From a virus (Duplodnaviria > Caudoviricetes): DNA of 64,000 nucleotides. The translations under genes were made by a program, and so were the position numbers. This document shows positions 9,796 to 19,237 of the stretch, one piece after another (the first letter of the stretch is position 1; each line of letters opens with the position of its first letter). The notes beneath the pieces are model-generated. The model saw nothing but the letters and a program-made list of their open reading frames with translations, did not search any database and was not told where the DNA came from. The DNA lies in IMG/VR virus record IMGVR_UViG_3300020048_000002; one strand, given 5' to 3'.

Positions 9796-10224
9796 TCAGG
9801 AAGTTGGTGGAACAACGAGGTCGGTGGGTTGCTGCTCGATGTACTCCGCTGCTGCCCGGAGAAGTTGGGGGTCATCTCGGAAGTGCCCTAGCCCGACGTT
9901 GCACTTGTGGCACAGCAAACCTCGAACGCGACCCGTCCCATGGTCGTGGTCGATGTGAATGAAGCGGCCAAACGGTTCCTCGCAGATCCGACACAAGCCA
10001 TTCTGTTCAGCGAGAAGTTGCTGGTGTTGTTCAACTGTGAGGCCGTACTTCTTGAGACGGCTCCGTTCACGAGTCTCCTCCGCCGTAGCCTGATGGGTGT
10101 TCGCCCATTCTTTGCTTTTCTTGTTCACTTCCTCACTGTTTTGACGGTACCAAGCCTTGCGGCAGGCAACACATTGTCCCCACTTATTGCGTTCCGCCGA
10201 CCCACACTTTCGACAAGGGTTCAT
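9796..10224 (-). CDS. Endonuclease VII-like (HNH) homing endonuclease
   Basis: LKKYGLT..QNGLCRIC..HIDHDHGTGRVRGLLCHKCNVGLG..DDPQLLRAAAEY. Confidence 0.9.
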   Translation of the reverse strand: MNPCRKCGSAERNKWGQCVACRKAWYRQNSEEVNKKSKEWANTHQATAEETRERSRLKKYGLTVEQHQQLLAEQNGLCRICEEPFGRFIHIDHDHGTGRVRGLLCHKCNVGLGHFRDDPQLLRAAAEYIEQQPTDLVVPPTS

Positions 10225-10241
10225 GCCTCTTATCCCACCTC

Positions 10242-11240
10242 TTACTCCTCGCTGGCGAGAACGAGGAGACCCTCTGCTACAGCCGTCATCGGATCGGTTG
10301 CGAGTCGGATTTCCGAGATGGGGATGGGGAAGCCCTTCTTGTTGATCGACTGGAACTCGTCCTTGAACACGTCGAGGAAGCCACCAGCCCGAGTCGTACC
10401 GCCCGATACCACGAAGGGGATGGGCTCCGGCAGATCGATGGTCGTCCGAGCGTTCTTGAACTGGACGGCAATGTTCTCCAGCGTGTACCGGATGAGGGCT
10501 CGAATGTAGAGAGCGATGGCCTCTTCATCACGTCCCTTGGGGTTCGCCAAATCGACCCCCTTCTCCTTGATCGAGCACATGCGGGCCGACGTCGAACCCA
10601 TCGCCTTGGCGGCGTTGCGGTCAATCCAGTCGCCACCACGGGCGAGAGAGAAGTCGAGACCCTTCACGGTCTGATAGGCCAGGGCAGCGTTGCACATGCC
10701 GGAGCCATAGGAGACGGCCAGGCCACTGAACTGCTCAGCAGCACACTGGCTGTAGATGATGGCCATCGCCTCATTCATCGGGTGTGGCGTGTAGCCATGC
10801 TCCGAGACGATCTTGCGGAAGACCTCCGTGTGGTAGATCACGTCCTGGTCAGGATCGTCGATGGGAGCCGCAGGCACCGAATAGTAGCAGTGCTCACCAT
10901 CGGAGACCGGCTCACCAAGTACGTTGTGGATGAGGAGGCTCAGGATTTCCTGGGCTTCGATCTCACCCGCCGAGATGACACCTCGGCTGAGAGGGCGGCG
11001 GGCTTCCCGCTTGAACAGGTTGGCCATGGTCATGGCCGAGTCGCCAAGAACGATGAGGTTGTCGTCCTTCTCAACGTAGTTGACCTTGCTTAGCCGAAGA
11101 GTCTTTTTGGCGTCTGCTTCGAGGTCAATGAAGGCGTCACGGACGCGCTTCGTCTCGACCTTATCCCCGTTCATGCGGGCCGAGACGATGTTCATGGTTC
11201 CGATGTCGAGGCCGACACCCGCTTTCATCTGTTTGCTCAT
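10242..11240 (-). CDS. Actin-like ATPase (MreB/ParM/MamK superfamily)
   Basis: Phosphate-1 GLDIGT, connect-1 NEAMA, phosphate-2 SYGSGMCN, adenosine VSGGT, DPMTAVAEG; frame stays open to 11366. Confidence 0.85.
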   Translation of the reverse strand: MSKQMKAGVGLDIGTMNIVSARMNGDKVETKRVRDAFIDLEADAKKTLRLSKVNYVEKDDNLIVLGDSAMTMANLFKREARRPLSRGVISAGEIEAQEILSLLIHNVLGEPVSDGEHCYYSVPAAPIDDPDQDVIYHTEVFRKIVSEHGYTPHPMNEAMAIIYSQCAAEQFSGLAVSYGSGMCNAALAYQTVKGLDFSLARGGDWIDRNAAKAMGSTSARMCSIKEKGVDLANPKGRDEEAIALYIRALIRYTLENIAVQFKNARTTIDLPEPIPFVVSGGTTRAGGFLDVFKDEFQSINKKGFPIPISEIRLATDPMTAVAEGLLVLASEE

Positions 11241-11375
11241 CTGGGTTTCCTTCTTTCGTCGGCCCTTGCCCTTCGGCTTCGGCCCGTCATTCCATACCGC
11301 TGCACAAAGATCCTCGAAATCCGGATCGAAAGAATCTGCGGATTTCGAGGTCATGTGCGACGGCAATGTTCGTGG

Positions 11376-12119
11376 TTACTTGGAGGGCTGCCCCACCGCC
11401 CCAACAAAACGAGAGGCTACACGATGAGACATGGCCTCGTGTCCGGCGGTCTTCATCTGAGTGCGCTGCTTGAGCAGGTAAACAAGCTCCTCTTGCTTGT
11501 CGGCAATCCCTTGGAGCAAGTTGTCGGTCCCGTTCGAGAGCTGACCCTTGACCTCTAGCGCGTCGTACGTCTTTTGGAGGACCGCAAGAGACGTAAGTAC
11601 CGCTTGGAGCGAAAGGAGCGGCAGCTCACTCGCTTCGGGGTTGATGGGGGCCGTTGCGTAGAACAGCTTACTGAACGCTTCAACCTGTTCGATCTGAACC
11701 ATGGGCTGAACGAACATGTGCCCACAAGACCCTACGACACGCTCAGCAAGCCCGTCGATAAAGCCGTCAACGGCCTCATAGATCCGCATGAAAAGCTGAT
11801 GATCCCCGTAGTAGTTGGCTCCACGGGTTTGCCAGTGGTGGGCCTGGTGAATCATCGCCTCTGCACGGATGCAGGCGAGAAGTACGGCAAGTTCACCCAT
11901 GGGGGCTTCACCGTACTTCTGTAGACACCCGTCGAACAAGGCCGCGAGGTCCGGTCCGATTTCTTCCTGCGCCTTCTTGATCATCACACGCACCTCCGCC
12001 TTGGTCGTACCTGCTACCTTCCCGCCCGTCTGGTGTGGGAGGTAAGGAGGTCCGTCCGTCATGGGATCGTAGCTCAAGGGATCTAGCCAGATGGCTCGGG
12101 TTGCGTGTGCGGGGTCCAT
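11376..12119 (-). CDS. Dps/ferritin-like protein
   Basis: HQAHHWQTRGANYYGDHQLFMRIYE..IDGLAER, GTDNLLQGIADKQEELVYLL. Confidence 0.75.
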   Translation of the reverse strand: MDPAHATRAIWLDPLSYDPMTDGPPYLPHQTGGKVAGTTKAEVRVMIKKAQEEIGPDLAALFDGCLQKYGEAPMGELAVLLACIRAEAMIHQAHHWQTRGANYYGDHQLFMRIYEAVDGFIDGLAERVVGSCGHMFVQPMVQIEQVEAFSKLFYATAPINPEASELPLLSLQAVLTSLAVLQKTYDALEVKGQLSNGTDNLLQGIADKQEELVYLLKQRTQMKTAGHEAMSHRVASRFVGAVGQPSK

Positions 12120-12121
12120 GA

Positions 12122-12430
12122 TCAGTCCTCGCCCTGGAGCATCGCAAGAAGGGCAGCCTTCTTGGACTTCTGCGCCTTCTGAGCCTTGGCGTCGTCCTTC
12201 ATCTCCTTGCCGACCTCCGAGAGAGTGTCCTTCTCGGGCTTGGCCGTGAAGGTCTTGCCCGTATAGGGCGAACGCACGCCCGTGGTCTTCTTCTCGGTGA
12301 GGTAGAAGTCCTTGTTCGTCTCTGGGCAGGTGTACTTGAACAGTACGGGGGCTCCAGACTTGCCCTTGGCGGCAATCTTGGACGAGACCTCTTCGGCGTA
12401 GTTGAGTAGAGCGGCCTGGCGGGTGTGCAT
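12122..12430 (-). CDS. Hypothetical lysine-rich protein
   Basis: AAGGAG RBS, collinear with neighbours. Confidence 0.7.
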   Translation of the reverse strand: MHTRQAALLNYAEEVSSKIAAKGKSGAPVLFKYTCPETNKDFYLTEKKTTGVRSPYTGKTFTAKPEKDTLSEVGKEMKDDAKAQKAQKSKKAALLAMLQGED

Positions 12431-12468
12431 GGAAAACTCCTTACCGTGGACACATGACGAAAAGACTA

Positions 12469-13062
12469 TCACTGGCCCTTGCGAAATTTCCGCAGGGCGC
12501 TCGCGGCTGACCCGAGATTCGACGCCTCCGAGGTCGATGCTTCGACCTCGGTAATACGACCCTCGATGTCCTTGGGTTTGATCTCGGTCGGAATGAAAGC
12601 GGGTACGTCCACTTCAACCACGGCCGTGCTCTTGGGCCGCAACGGAGTGACCGTACCGGCACTCGGAGCCGCCACCACGGGGATGCCCGACTTCAAGATG
12701 CTCAGGATCTCATCGATCTTGGCTTGAGGCATGGCGGGCTGCGCCCGCTCTTGCTCCAACTGAGCAAGTGTGGCTCGCAACTGAGCGTTCTCAGCTTCAA
12801 GCTGCTTGCATCGGTCGAGCAAGAGATCTTGGTTGGGCTTCGGCAAGGAGACAACGGGTCGTTGAACCGTCCCAGCGGCCCCGGGGTGAAGCTGGAACAC
12901 CCGCCGTTGGGAGATCGCACGCCAAAGGTCCTTCGACATCGTTGCACGGTCCGCTGGAATCGTCACCACGGCACGGTGAGGCACGTCCATGCCGATGTCG
13001 TACAATACCGTGGTTGTCGTATCGAGCCCGACAACCGTCACGTCTCCTACCATGGGTTTCAT
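12469..13062 (-). CDS. Hypothetical coiled-coil protein
   Basis: ATGA overlap with upstream gene; coiled coil LEAENAQLRATLAQLEQE. Confidence 0.65.
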   Translation of the reverse strand: MKPMVGDVTVVGLDTTTTVLYDIGMDVPHRAVVTIPADRATMSKDLWRAISQRRVFQLHPGAAGTVQRPVVSLPKPNQDLLLDRCKQLEAENAQLRATLAQLEQERAQPAMPQAKIDEILSILKSGIPVVAAPSAGTVTPLRPKSTAVVEVDVPAFIPTEIKPKDIEGRITEVEASTSEASNLGSAASALRKFRKGQ

Positions 13063-13598
13063 TTGAGCTTGTTCTGGATTTGCCCGACAATGTTCTTCAG
13101 GAGCTTCTTCTGGACCACGGCTCGGGCTTCTTTCTTGGCCAAGTCCATGACATCGAAAATGGGACGCCCAGGGTGAATCCACTTACCGTCCGCCATCGAC
13201 TTCGCCGTGGCCGAACGGAAAATGACCTGGCCCGTCTCGGTGACAATCGGAATCGGAGCACGGGCTCTCTTGAGCCACTTCATCTGCCCCTTCTTCTGCC
13301 CGTTGACAAGGTAGTTCCAGAGGGGGTCCTTGGCGACGATCCGAATGCTGTTGGGGTAAGACTTTACAGCCAAAGCCTTGGCGAGCCTCTTTTTCGCAGC
13401 ATCGGAAAAAGCCGACTGCTTGAGCTTCTGTCGAACCTTCTTCAGAATCTCTTTCCCGAGAGCGGCAAGAGCGGACTCAACGTCCACCCCGTCCACCATC
13501 TTGGCGAGGGGTGCGCTGTACGCACTCGTCACCTTACTCTCGAAAGCCCACTTTTTCTTGTACTGGGCCTTCTTTGCTGCATCTAAGTTGAGCGCCAT
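13059..13598 (-). CDS. Putative neck/tail-completion basic protein
   Basis: GAGGTGG RBS; IFRSATAKS..GKWIHPG motif; located in the structural module. Confidence 0.55.
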   Translation of the reverse strand: MALNLDAAKKAQYKKKWAFESKVTSAYSAPLAKMVDGVDVESALAALGKEILKKVRQKLKQSAFSDAAKKRLAKALAVKSYPNSIRIVAKDPLWNYLVNGQKKGQMKWLKRARAPIPIVTETGQVIFRSATAKSMADGKWIHPGRPIFDVMDLAKKEARAVVQKKLLKNIVGQIQNKLK

Positions 13599-14566
13599 CC
13601 GACCCACCTCTCTAATTTCAAATGCCACAACCGAAAGATGCGCTCACCTAAAACAGCTCTCTTAAGAACCCGCTGTAAATGATCAGCCGCCCACCCTTGG
13701 TTGATCTCAGACTCAGAGTACCGGACAACCGAGTAACCCGCTGCAAAGTAGGCTTCAGCCGTAACAACATCATCCCTTGTGCGCTCTTCTGGGTTGAACA
13801 TGGCCCGAGGCCCATGAAAGGCTTCTCCATCACATAGGATTACTAGCTTGTGCTCGGGGCCAACGCTAATTTTGATGTCGGCTTCTCTTGGGACCATCCG
13901 ACCAAGGACAGGTAAAGACTGCCACTCATTAAGTCGAAAATCCCACCCAACCAAGACCTCAGATAGTTTCTTCTCTAAAGGGGATGCTTTTCGATAACGC
14001 TGAAAAAAGAGAGCCTTATCTTCAGGGGACAACTTGGCGTATTTGGAGTGGGCCGAACGAATATTACGCTGGCCCGTGATGCTTTTCTTGTGGGAGGCCC
14101 AATTTTGATACCCTTCGACACCGAGAATTCGCTCCCCTATTTCCCTGAAAGTCTTGTAGGGGATCGCGTTCTGCCTTAGTATCGATTGGACGGGCTCTCC
14201 CTTTTCAATAGCAGCGCCAATTTTTGATTGGAGATCATCTTGCAACTTTAGGGGATGGTTGAACCGCCTCTTAGCCGCATCTCGATCTTTAGCTGTAGGT
14301 AATGCTTCGTAGGCACGCTTGCTCAAAGTCTCACGCAGCAATTGACACTTCAAGCAACGTTTTTTGTTGCCCTCTTGCTTCTGTGTGGACACCCACACAA
14401 CACCGCATTTTCGACATTGGACTTGAACTTCGTATGAAGCTCGCCACTCTTTGGCAAATTCTTGGTGGGCCTCATCTTTATTGTGTCTGAGGTGCCCACC
14501 CAAACTGCGCGCACTACGAGTAACCTTACCGCACACCTTACAAGAGCCTATGTACTGCATCCACAA
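13583..14566 (-). CDS. Vsr/DUF559-like PD-(D/E)xK homing-endonuclease-like protein
   Basis: C2H2 finger, SPLEKKL, EADI..VILCDGEAFH, GYSVVRYSESEI; more AT-rich than flanks; overlaps both neighbours. Confidence 0.75.
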   Translation of the reverse strand: MWMQYIGSCKVCGKVTRSARSLGGHLRHNKDEAHQEFAKEWRASYEVQVQCRKCGVVWVSTQKQEGNKKRCLKCQLLRETLSKRAYEALPTAKDRDAAKRRFNHPLKLQDDLQSKIGAAIEKGEPVQSILRQNAIPYKTFREIGERILGVEGYQNWASHKKSITGQRNIRSAHSKYAKLSPEDKALFFQRYRKASPLEKKLSEVLVGWDFRLNEWQSLPVLGRMVPREADIKISVGPEHKLVILCDGEAFHGPRAMFNPEERTRDDVVTAEAYFAAGYSVVRYSESEINQGWAADHLQRVLKRAVLGERIFRLWHLKLERWVGWRST

Positions 14567-15950
14567 GGGGTAAGGCTAAAAGAAGAACACCGTACACCGT
14601 GTTCTCCCAAGCTAGCGTTCGGCCGCGAAGCTCTCGTTCGTCCGGAATGTTCGGCTTGTCCGTAATCGGTGTCGGGCCACCTTGCTCGGGAGGCTCCGGT
14701 CCGAACTGGACGGCTGCAAACCGGAGCGGGTCTCCCATCGGCACCTTGTAACGGATGTCCTTCTCATCGAGAATCCCGATGTTGAAGTGCTGCTGGAGGA
14801 CCATGCCACGGTTCGTTGGCATTCTCACCGCACCGATGCTGTACCGCTCACCGTTGATCTTCACGAGGAAATCTCGTTGACTCAACAGGGGCATAGGACC
14901 TGTCCACACCTCGTACGTGTGTTCGACCGTTCTGCCGATGTCCTTCTGAGCGACTCTGCGTTCTGCATCGTCGGGGGCCACAATGGTTTCGTAAGGCCCC
15001 TCGTACCCGCCGAGGAACCCTGTCCCATAGCACCGGAGGCAATCCGCTTGCGGTTGCTTGTGGTAGAAATCCGGTACGCAAGGGCAAGGGATTCCCGTGT
15101 GCTTCTTCAGGAACACACGGACACGCTCCCCACCCTGCTCCAAGATCCAACGGTTTCGTCGAACCGCTTCTCGCCACATGTAGTCGAGCTTCTCTTTCTC
15201 GAAGTTCGATGTGGCGACCGCCTTGTCCAAAGGAGTCTCGACAAAGTCGTCCGACGAGACACACGAAAGGTCGCAACCATGGGGGATCGCAACGGACGTG
15301 ACCCGGTAGAACACTCGCTGGTTCAAGTCCGTCTTGAGGAACGAGCGCATACGACGGTACGTCACACGTACGTCGTCCTCGGGGCTCAACGGCAGAACCA
15401 CCGGATCGAGGTTCTGGGTCTTGACGTTCGGAAACCTTCGAGAGTCGAGCTGGATCTCTCCCGTAGACCCCTCGATGCTAAAAACCTTCGCCAACTGCCC
15501 CCGAATGAAAACTCGGACGTCCTCGGGGTTATTGGCTAAGAGGTTCTGACTCCCCGACTGAACAATGGGGGAGTAGATGGTGCGAAAGATGTACCGGACC
15601 ATCTGAGACTCAGAGGTCGGTAACCCAAAACTCACCCACTTGTCAGGGGCGACAATCTCGTCAGGGATGAGTTCAACATCCGTTTGGTCCCGCCAAAAAG
15701 TCGAGCCAATCGGTACCTCGTTGACACGGTAGTAGGGACCATACTCCGAGTCAAAGCTACGGTAGACATTGATCCCGACAATGTTCCACCCGGAGTTGAG
15801 GGTAAGGATTGCCGGGTCATCCCACCGGAGATCAAAAACCCCTGGCCTCCACCCGCTTGTGAGAAACAAGTTGAGCGGGGGTGCAGGCCAGGGAGTTTTC
15901 GTCCACTCTAGCGCAGCGGTGTTTCGGTCACGGTTCGTAGAGTAGGACAT
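14538..15950 (-). CDS. Putative head-closure/neck protein
   Basis: FN3-like N-terminus; WILEQGGERVRVF..CPC..CLRCYGTGFLGGY; structural context. Confidence 0.55.
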   Translation of the reverse strand: MSYSTNRDRNTAALEWTKTPWPAPPLNLFLTSGWRPGVFDLRWDDPAILTLNSGWNIVGINVYRSFDSEYGPYYRVNEVPIGSTFWRDQTDVELIPDEIVAPDKWVSFGLPTSESQMVRYIFRTIYSPIVQSGSQNLLANNPEDVRVFIRGQLAKVFSIEGSTGEIQLDSRRFPNVKTQNLDPVVLPLSPEDDVRVTYRRMRSFLKTDLNQRVFYRVTSVAIPHGCDLSCVSSDDFVETPLDKAVATSNFEKEKLDYMWREAVRRNRWILEQGGERVRVFLKKHTGIPCPCVPDFYHKQPQADCLRCYGTGFLGGYEGPYETIVAPDDAERRVAQKDIGRTVEHTYEVWTGPMPLLSQRDFLVKINGERYSIGAVRMPTNRGMVLQQHFNIGILDEKDIRYKVPMGDPLRFAAVQFGPEPPEQGGPTPITDKPNIPDERELRGRTLAWENTVYGVLLLALPLVDAVHRLL

Positions 15951-15985
15951 AACCCCTCTACTTAGATCCGTGACAAGGAGAAGTG

Positions 15986-16309
15986 TCAGGAAGCGGGGGA
16001 GGCTTCCTTGGCTTCAGGGGCAGCAGGTTGAGGTGCCTGGGGACGTAGAACACGGATGTTCCCCGTCTGAGCCTCGATCTCCACGGGGGTCGTCGGAGAA
16101 AGCCCACGGTCCATGAGCACCTTCTCGAACAGGCGGCCACGCTCCTCGTCGACTCGATTGGCCGCCACAAGGAGCTTCACCTTGTCCTGCTCCATCTCCA
16201 AGAGCCGTTCAGCGATGTCGAACCGAGCAGCACCCAGCTCTTCGAGCTTCTTGCGCGTCTCGGGGTCGACCGGATCGCTCGGGGTCAGTTTCTTCGTCTC
16301 ACCACTCAT
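15986..16309 (-). CDS. Hypothetical coiled-coil protein
   Basis: GGAG RBS before ATG 16309. Confidence 0.65.
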   Translation of the reverse strand: MSGETKKLTPSDPVDPETRKKLEELGAARFDIAERLLEMEQDKVKLLVAANRVDEERGRLFEKVLMDRGLSPTTPVEIEAQTGNIRVLRPQAPQPAAPEAKEASPAS

Positions 16310-16321
16310 TTTTTCTCCGGA

Positions 16322-16353
16322 CGTTGATTTGGAAGGGTCGAGAGTCGTACTAG
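16322..16353 (+). promoter_or_regulatory. Repeated phage promoter motif, copy 2
   Basis: CGTTGATTTGGAAGGGTCGAGAGTCGTACTAG. Confidence 0.8.
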
Positions 16354-16369
16354 GAGGGAGGAATCCCCC

Positions 16370-16666
16370 ATGTACACGATTCAAGAGCTTTCTACAACTT
16401 TGGACGATCTCACAGAAGGAGGGCTCTACGCCCTCAACTACGTAGCCAAAAACGAGGGGCTCACACCCTTCGTATGGGCCACACCGGATGGTACTGAAAG
16501 CGTTATCCTGTTCGTCGGGCTCGATGCTCAGGGTCGAGTCCAGTACTTCGACTACGCTCGTACACCGAGCGACACACAGAGAGATGAACAGATCCGCACC
16601 TTGGCCACGAAACGAGAGCACACAAGTACACCGAAGAAGCGCCTGTCCACGACAGGGTGGAACTAG
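16370..16666 (+). CDS. Hypothetical early-type protein, opposite orientation within structural module
   Basis: Promoter motif plus GGAGG RBS directly upstream. Confidence 0.7.
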   Translation: MYTIQELSTTLDDLTEGGLYALNYVAKNEGLTPFVWATPDGTESVILFVGLDAQGRVQYFDYARTPSDTQRDEQIRTLATKREHTSTPKKRLSTTGWN

Positions 16667-16989
16667 ACTCGGTGGACTCGCTTCTTCAAGAGGCGTAAAA
16701 ACGCGGCGAAGAAGTGAGGGTTGAGGTCATTCTTCCGGAGAACTCTGCGAAACTCCGGTACAGCCAGGATGGCCTTAGCTGTCAGGTCCGTCGGTGCAAA
16801 CCTCTTGAGACGACGGAACAGAGCTAGCCCACGAGGGTTGGGGCGGTTCTTCCAGACCGAGCACAGTCTCCGATGCTTCTGGTATTGCCGGTAAGTGGGG
16901 AACCGCTTCTCACATAGGCAAGGGTGCAGGATGAGCGGCGGCCTCGAACCAGGCTTCCGCCGCCTACCTCCCTTACGTCGTCGTACCAC
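16663..16989 (-). CDS. Basic C2HC zinc-finger protein
   Basis: CLCEKRF..KHRRLCSVWKNR resembles the finger in the adjacent endonuclease. Confidence 0.5.
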   Translation of the reverse strand: MVRRRKGGRRRKPGSRPPLILHPCLCEKRFPTYRQYQKHRRLCSVWKNRPNPRGLALFRRLKRFAPTDLTAKAILAVPEFRRVLRKNDLNPHFFAAFLRLLKKRVHRV

Positions 16990-17033
16990 GGGGTAGGTCT
17001 ACACCTTCTGACGTTGGTTGAGTAGACGGCAAG

Positions 17034-18284
17034 TCACGCAAGTAACCCTAGAAACGATGTGACTCGGCGAAGCACCTCTTCTTCGCACGCCTTCACTTCA
17101 CTCTCCCATACGATGAGACAGTCGATTCCGATGTCTTGGTAGGCTTCGACGAGTTCCCGCTCGTGCTCAAAGTTAGCCTTCCCTGTGAACATGCGGGAGT
17201 GCCAGTAGTTGCCGAACAGCTCGACTACCTTGGTGACACCGTGCTTCGGTTTGGAAGAGTCAGGCCCAGGGAGGATGAAGTCCGGGTTCTTGTGGTGCCC
17301 TAGTTTTGGAAGCCATCTCCAGAAACCTCCATCTCCCGTGTAAAGAAGAGTGGGGAAGTGAGCGGCGAACCGCACTTCGAGTTGGTTTGGGGTACCTTTG
17401 CCCCCGGCGTTAACCAAAGCCTTGAAAGCGATTTCCGGTACCTGCATAGGATGCGGAACGCCGTACTTTTGCATGAAGATAGACCGTAGAGTCTCTTTCC
17501 CAATATCCGATCCGAAGTAATGAGCCCCGTAGTGATCAAGCATGGTTTCAAGCTGCTTCTGTCGCACTTCGGGAAGCATCGAAGTCCATTCAACACCCCA
17601 TCGCTCCAAGTTCGTCTGGCGAGCCTTCTCATTGACCTCGGGAGAACACGAAGGGGCGGGGCCACCATACCGTTCAAGATTGGTAGCTTTGATGCGCTCT
17701 CGAATCACAGGTGCCGCCAATGCTTCCTCGGTCCCGTATCGCTCTAGGTTTGTGGCCTTGGTCTTTGAGCGTACCTCGGGCCTTTGGTTCGGGTTCTCAA
17801 CACCGTACCGCTCAAGGTTTGCCTGGCGGATCTTCGCTTGAACCTCGGGACGAGCAAAAGGATTGTCCGCTCCCCTCATTATGGGCCGATAGGGTGCAGA
17901 TGCCGCTTGAACCCCATCAAAGAGTTTAGACTCGCGGCTAAAGACATTCTCTGCCCCATACCGCTCAAGGTTTGTGGTCTTCCGCTTGTCTTCCGCACCG
18001 GGAACACGAGATGGGTGCGTGACCCCCTCCCCGTACCGTTGCTCCAACGTACCGGCAAGACGGGACATCTGAACCTCACCGCGATCCCGTCCCTTCCAAG
18101 TCGAGCACACAGACCGGTGCCGCTTCATCTGCGTGAGCGACGTCGTCTCATGCCCGCAAAGACACGAAAGGGGTTTCGTGTCACCAATCGTGAGCCGCCA
18201 TCCCGCACACGCTGCTTTGTGTCGTGAGTTGATGGTGTCGGACTTTGGAAAATGTGTCTGACAATGCGGGCATGTGACGGGCAT
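17034..18284 (-). CDS. Homing-endonuclease-like protein (TNLERYG repeats + Vsr-like nuclease)
   Basis: Multiple KxTNLERYG repeats; NPDFI..VVELFGNYWH..CLIVWESE. Confidence 0.8.
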   Translation of the reverse strand: MPVTCPHCQTHFPKSDTINSRHKAACAGWRLTIGDTKPLSCLCGHETTSLTQMKRHRSVCSTWKGRDRGEVQMSRLAGTLEQRYGEGVTHPSRVPGAEDKRKTTNLERYGAENVFSRESKLFDGVQAASAPYRPIMRGADNPFARPEVQAKIRQANLERYGVENPNQRPEVRSKTKATNLERYGTEEALAAPVIRERIKATNLERYGGPAPSCSPEVNEKARQTNLERWGVEWTSMLPEVRQKQLETMLDHYGAHYFGSDIGKETLRSIFMQKYGVPHPMQVPEIAFKALVNAGGKGTPNQLEVRFAAHFPTLLYTGDGGFWRWLPKLGHHKNPDFILPGPDSSKPKHGVTKVVELFGNYWHSRMFTGKANFEHERELVEAYQDIGIDCLIVWESEVKACEEEVLRRVTSFLGLLA

Positions 18285-18291
18285 TAACCGT

Positions 18292-18320
18292 AAGATACGA
18301 CCGGCACAAGCAAAAGTCAA
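18292..18320 (-). promoter_or_regulatory. Sigma70-type promoter, near-leaderless
   Basis: TTGACT-N17-TATCTT, 7 nt before ATG 18284. Confidence 0.6.
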
Positions 18321-18352
18321 CCGACTTTATGGGGTTACTACCCCACTACCAA

Positions 18353-19237
18353 TCAAAGGCCCAAAAACTTCCGGGGAGAGAGGACCCCTCGACCCGAATA
18401 CGGTCCGAAACTCGACCTTATACCCACACCGTACTTAGGCTGTTGTAGACCACGCACGATGTTGACCGTGGCCTTGGCCTTTTCCAGTTGCTTGTCGAAC
18501 TGGTCGGCGGCGGTTGAGAGCGCCCCTTCGTACTTGCTCGATTTGTCGATGTCGAGGGACACCCCACCGATCGAGTACGAAAACTCGTCCGCGATCCAGT
18601 TGAGCCGTAGGGCTTGAATGGCGTGGATCATGGCCCCGGTGAGCAAGAGAGTGCGCCATGCCGGGTAACGGGTGGCAAGGTTATCCAGGGTCCCGAAGGG
18701 GGTGTACGGGGGTGCTAGGGAGATAGAGTCCAGGGACCTTTCCAGGTACTCCTTCATCTCCTCGTCCTCCCAGATGTACCCGAAGACTCGGTTGAACTGG
18801 TTGATCGTCTCTTCGTGAGCCGGGGGCCTGAAGTGGTAGTTTCGGTCGGGGCTATTTGAAACGAGCATCCCCGACCGCACGAGGACGAAGTTGTGCCAAT
18901 CCGCCGCCGTGAGGTCGTACATGTACCGGCGAGACGGGAGTCTCTCGACCGAGAGAACCGCCACGGGAGTTTCGTGCCCGGCCACCAAAGTACCGACGGA
19001 AAGTGTCTCGGCTTCGGCCTTTCGGGTAGGCGTGAGGAACACCCGATGGCCCCCCGTTAGCACCGAGGAGCCGCGAGTTGTGGTGACTCGAAGAATGACT
19101 TCACCCTCTACTTCGGCGCGGTGGACCCTCTCGACTCGTTTCCAAGCGACTTCCCCGGTGGGAGAAACGGAACGAACCCGAAGAGTGCCCTTAGAGAAGG
19201 CCGTTTTTACTCTTTCGCGTTGCGAGTCGGTCAACAT
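18353..19237 (-). CDS. Fractured neck/head-tail protein, C-half: split-intein IntC (128 aa, 18854-19237) + C-extein
   Basis: Hint block B (VLTGGHRVF), block F (YMYDLT..WHNFVL), terminal SN|S junction, then SPDRNYHFRPP..YSIGGVSLDIDKSSKY. Confidence 0.85.
   Translation of the reverse strand: MLTDSQRERVKTAFSKGTLRVRSVSPTGEVAWKRVERVHRAEVEGEVILRVTTTRGSSVLTGGHRVFLTPTRKAEAETLSVGTLVAGHETPVAVLSVERLPSRRYMYDLTAADWHNFVLVRSGMLVSNSPDRNYHFRPPAHEETINQFNRVFGYIWEDEEMKEYLERSLDSISLAPPYTPFGTLDNLATRYPAWRTLLLTGAMIHAIQALRLNWIADEFSYSIGGVSLDIDKSSKYEGALSTAADQFDKQLEKAKATVNIVRGLQQPKYGVGIRSSFGPYSGRGVLSPRKFLGL

Noticed and set aside
15986-16621. 211-aa version of this ORF
   Set aside because: The N-terminal part overlaps the promoter-supported plus-strand gene; ATG 16309 has an RBS
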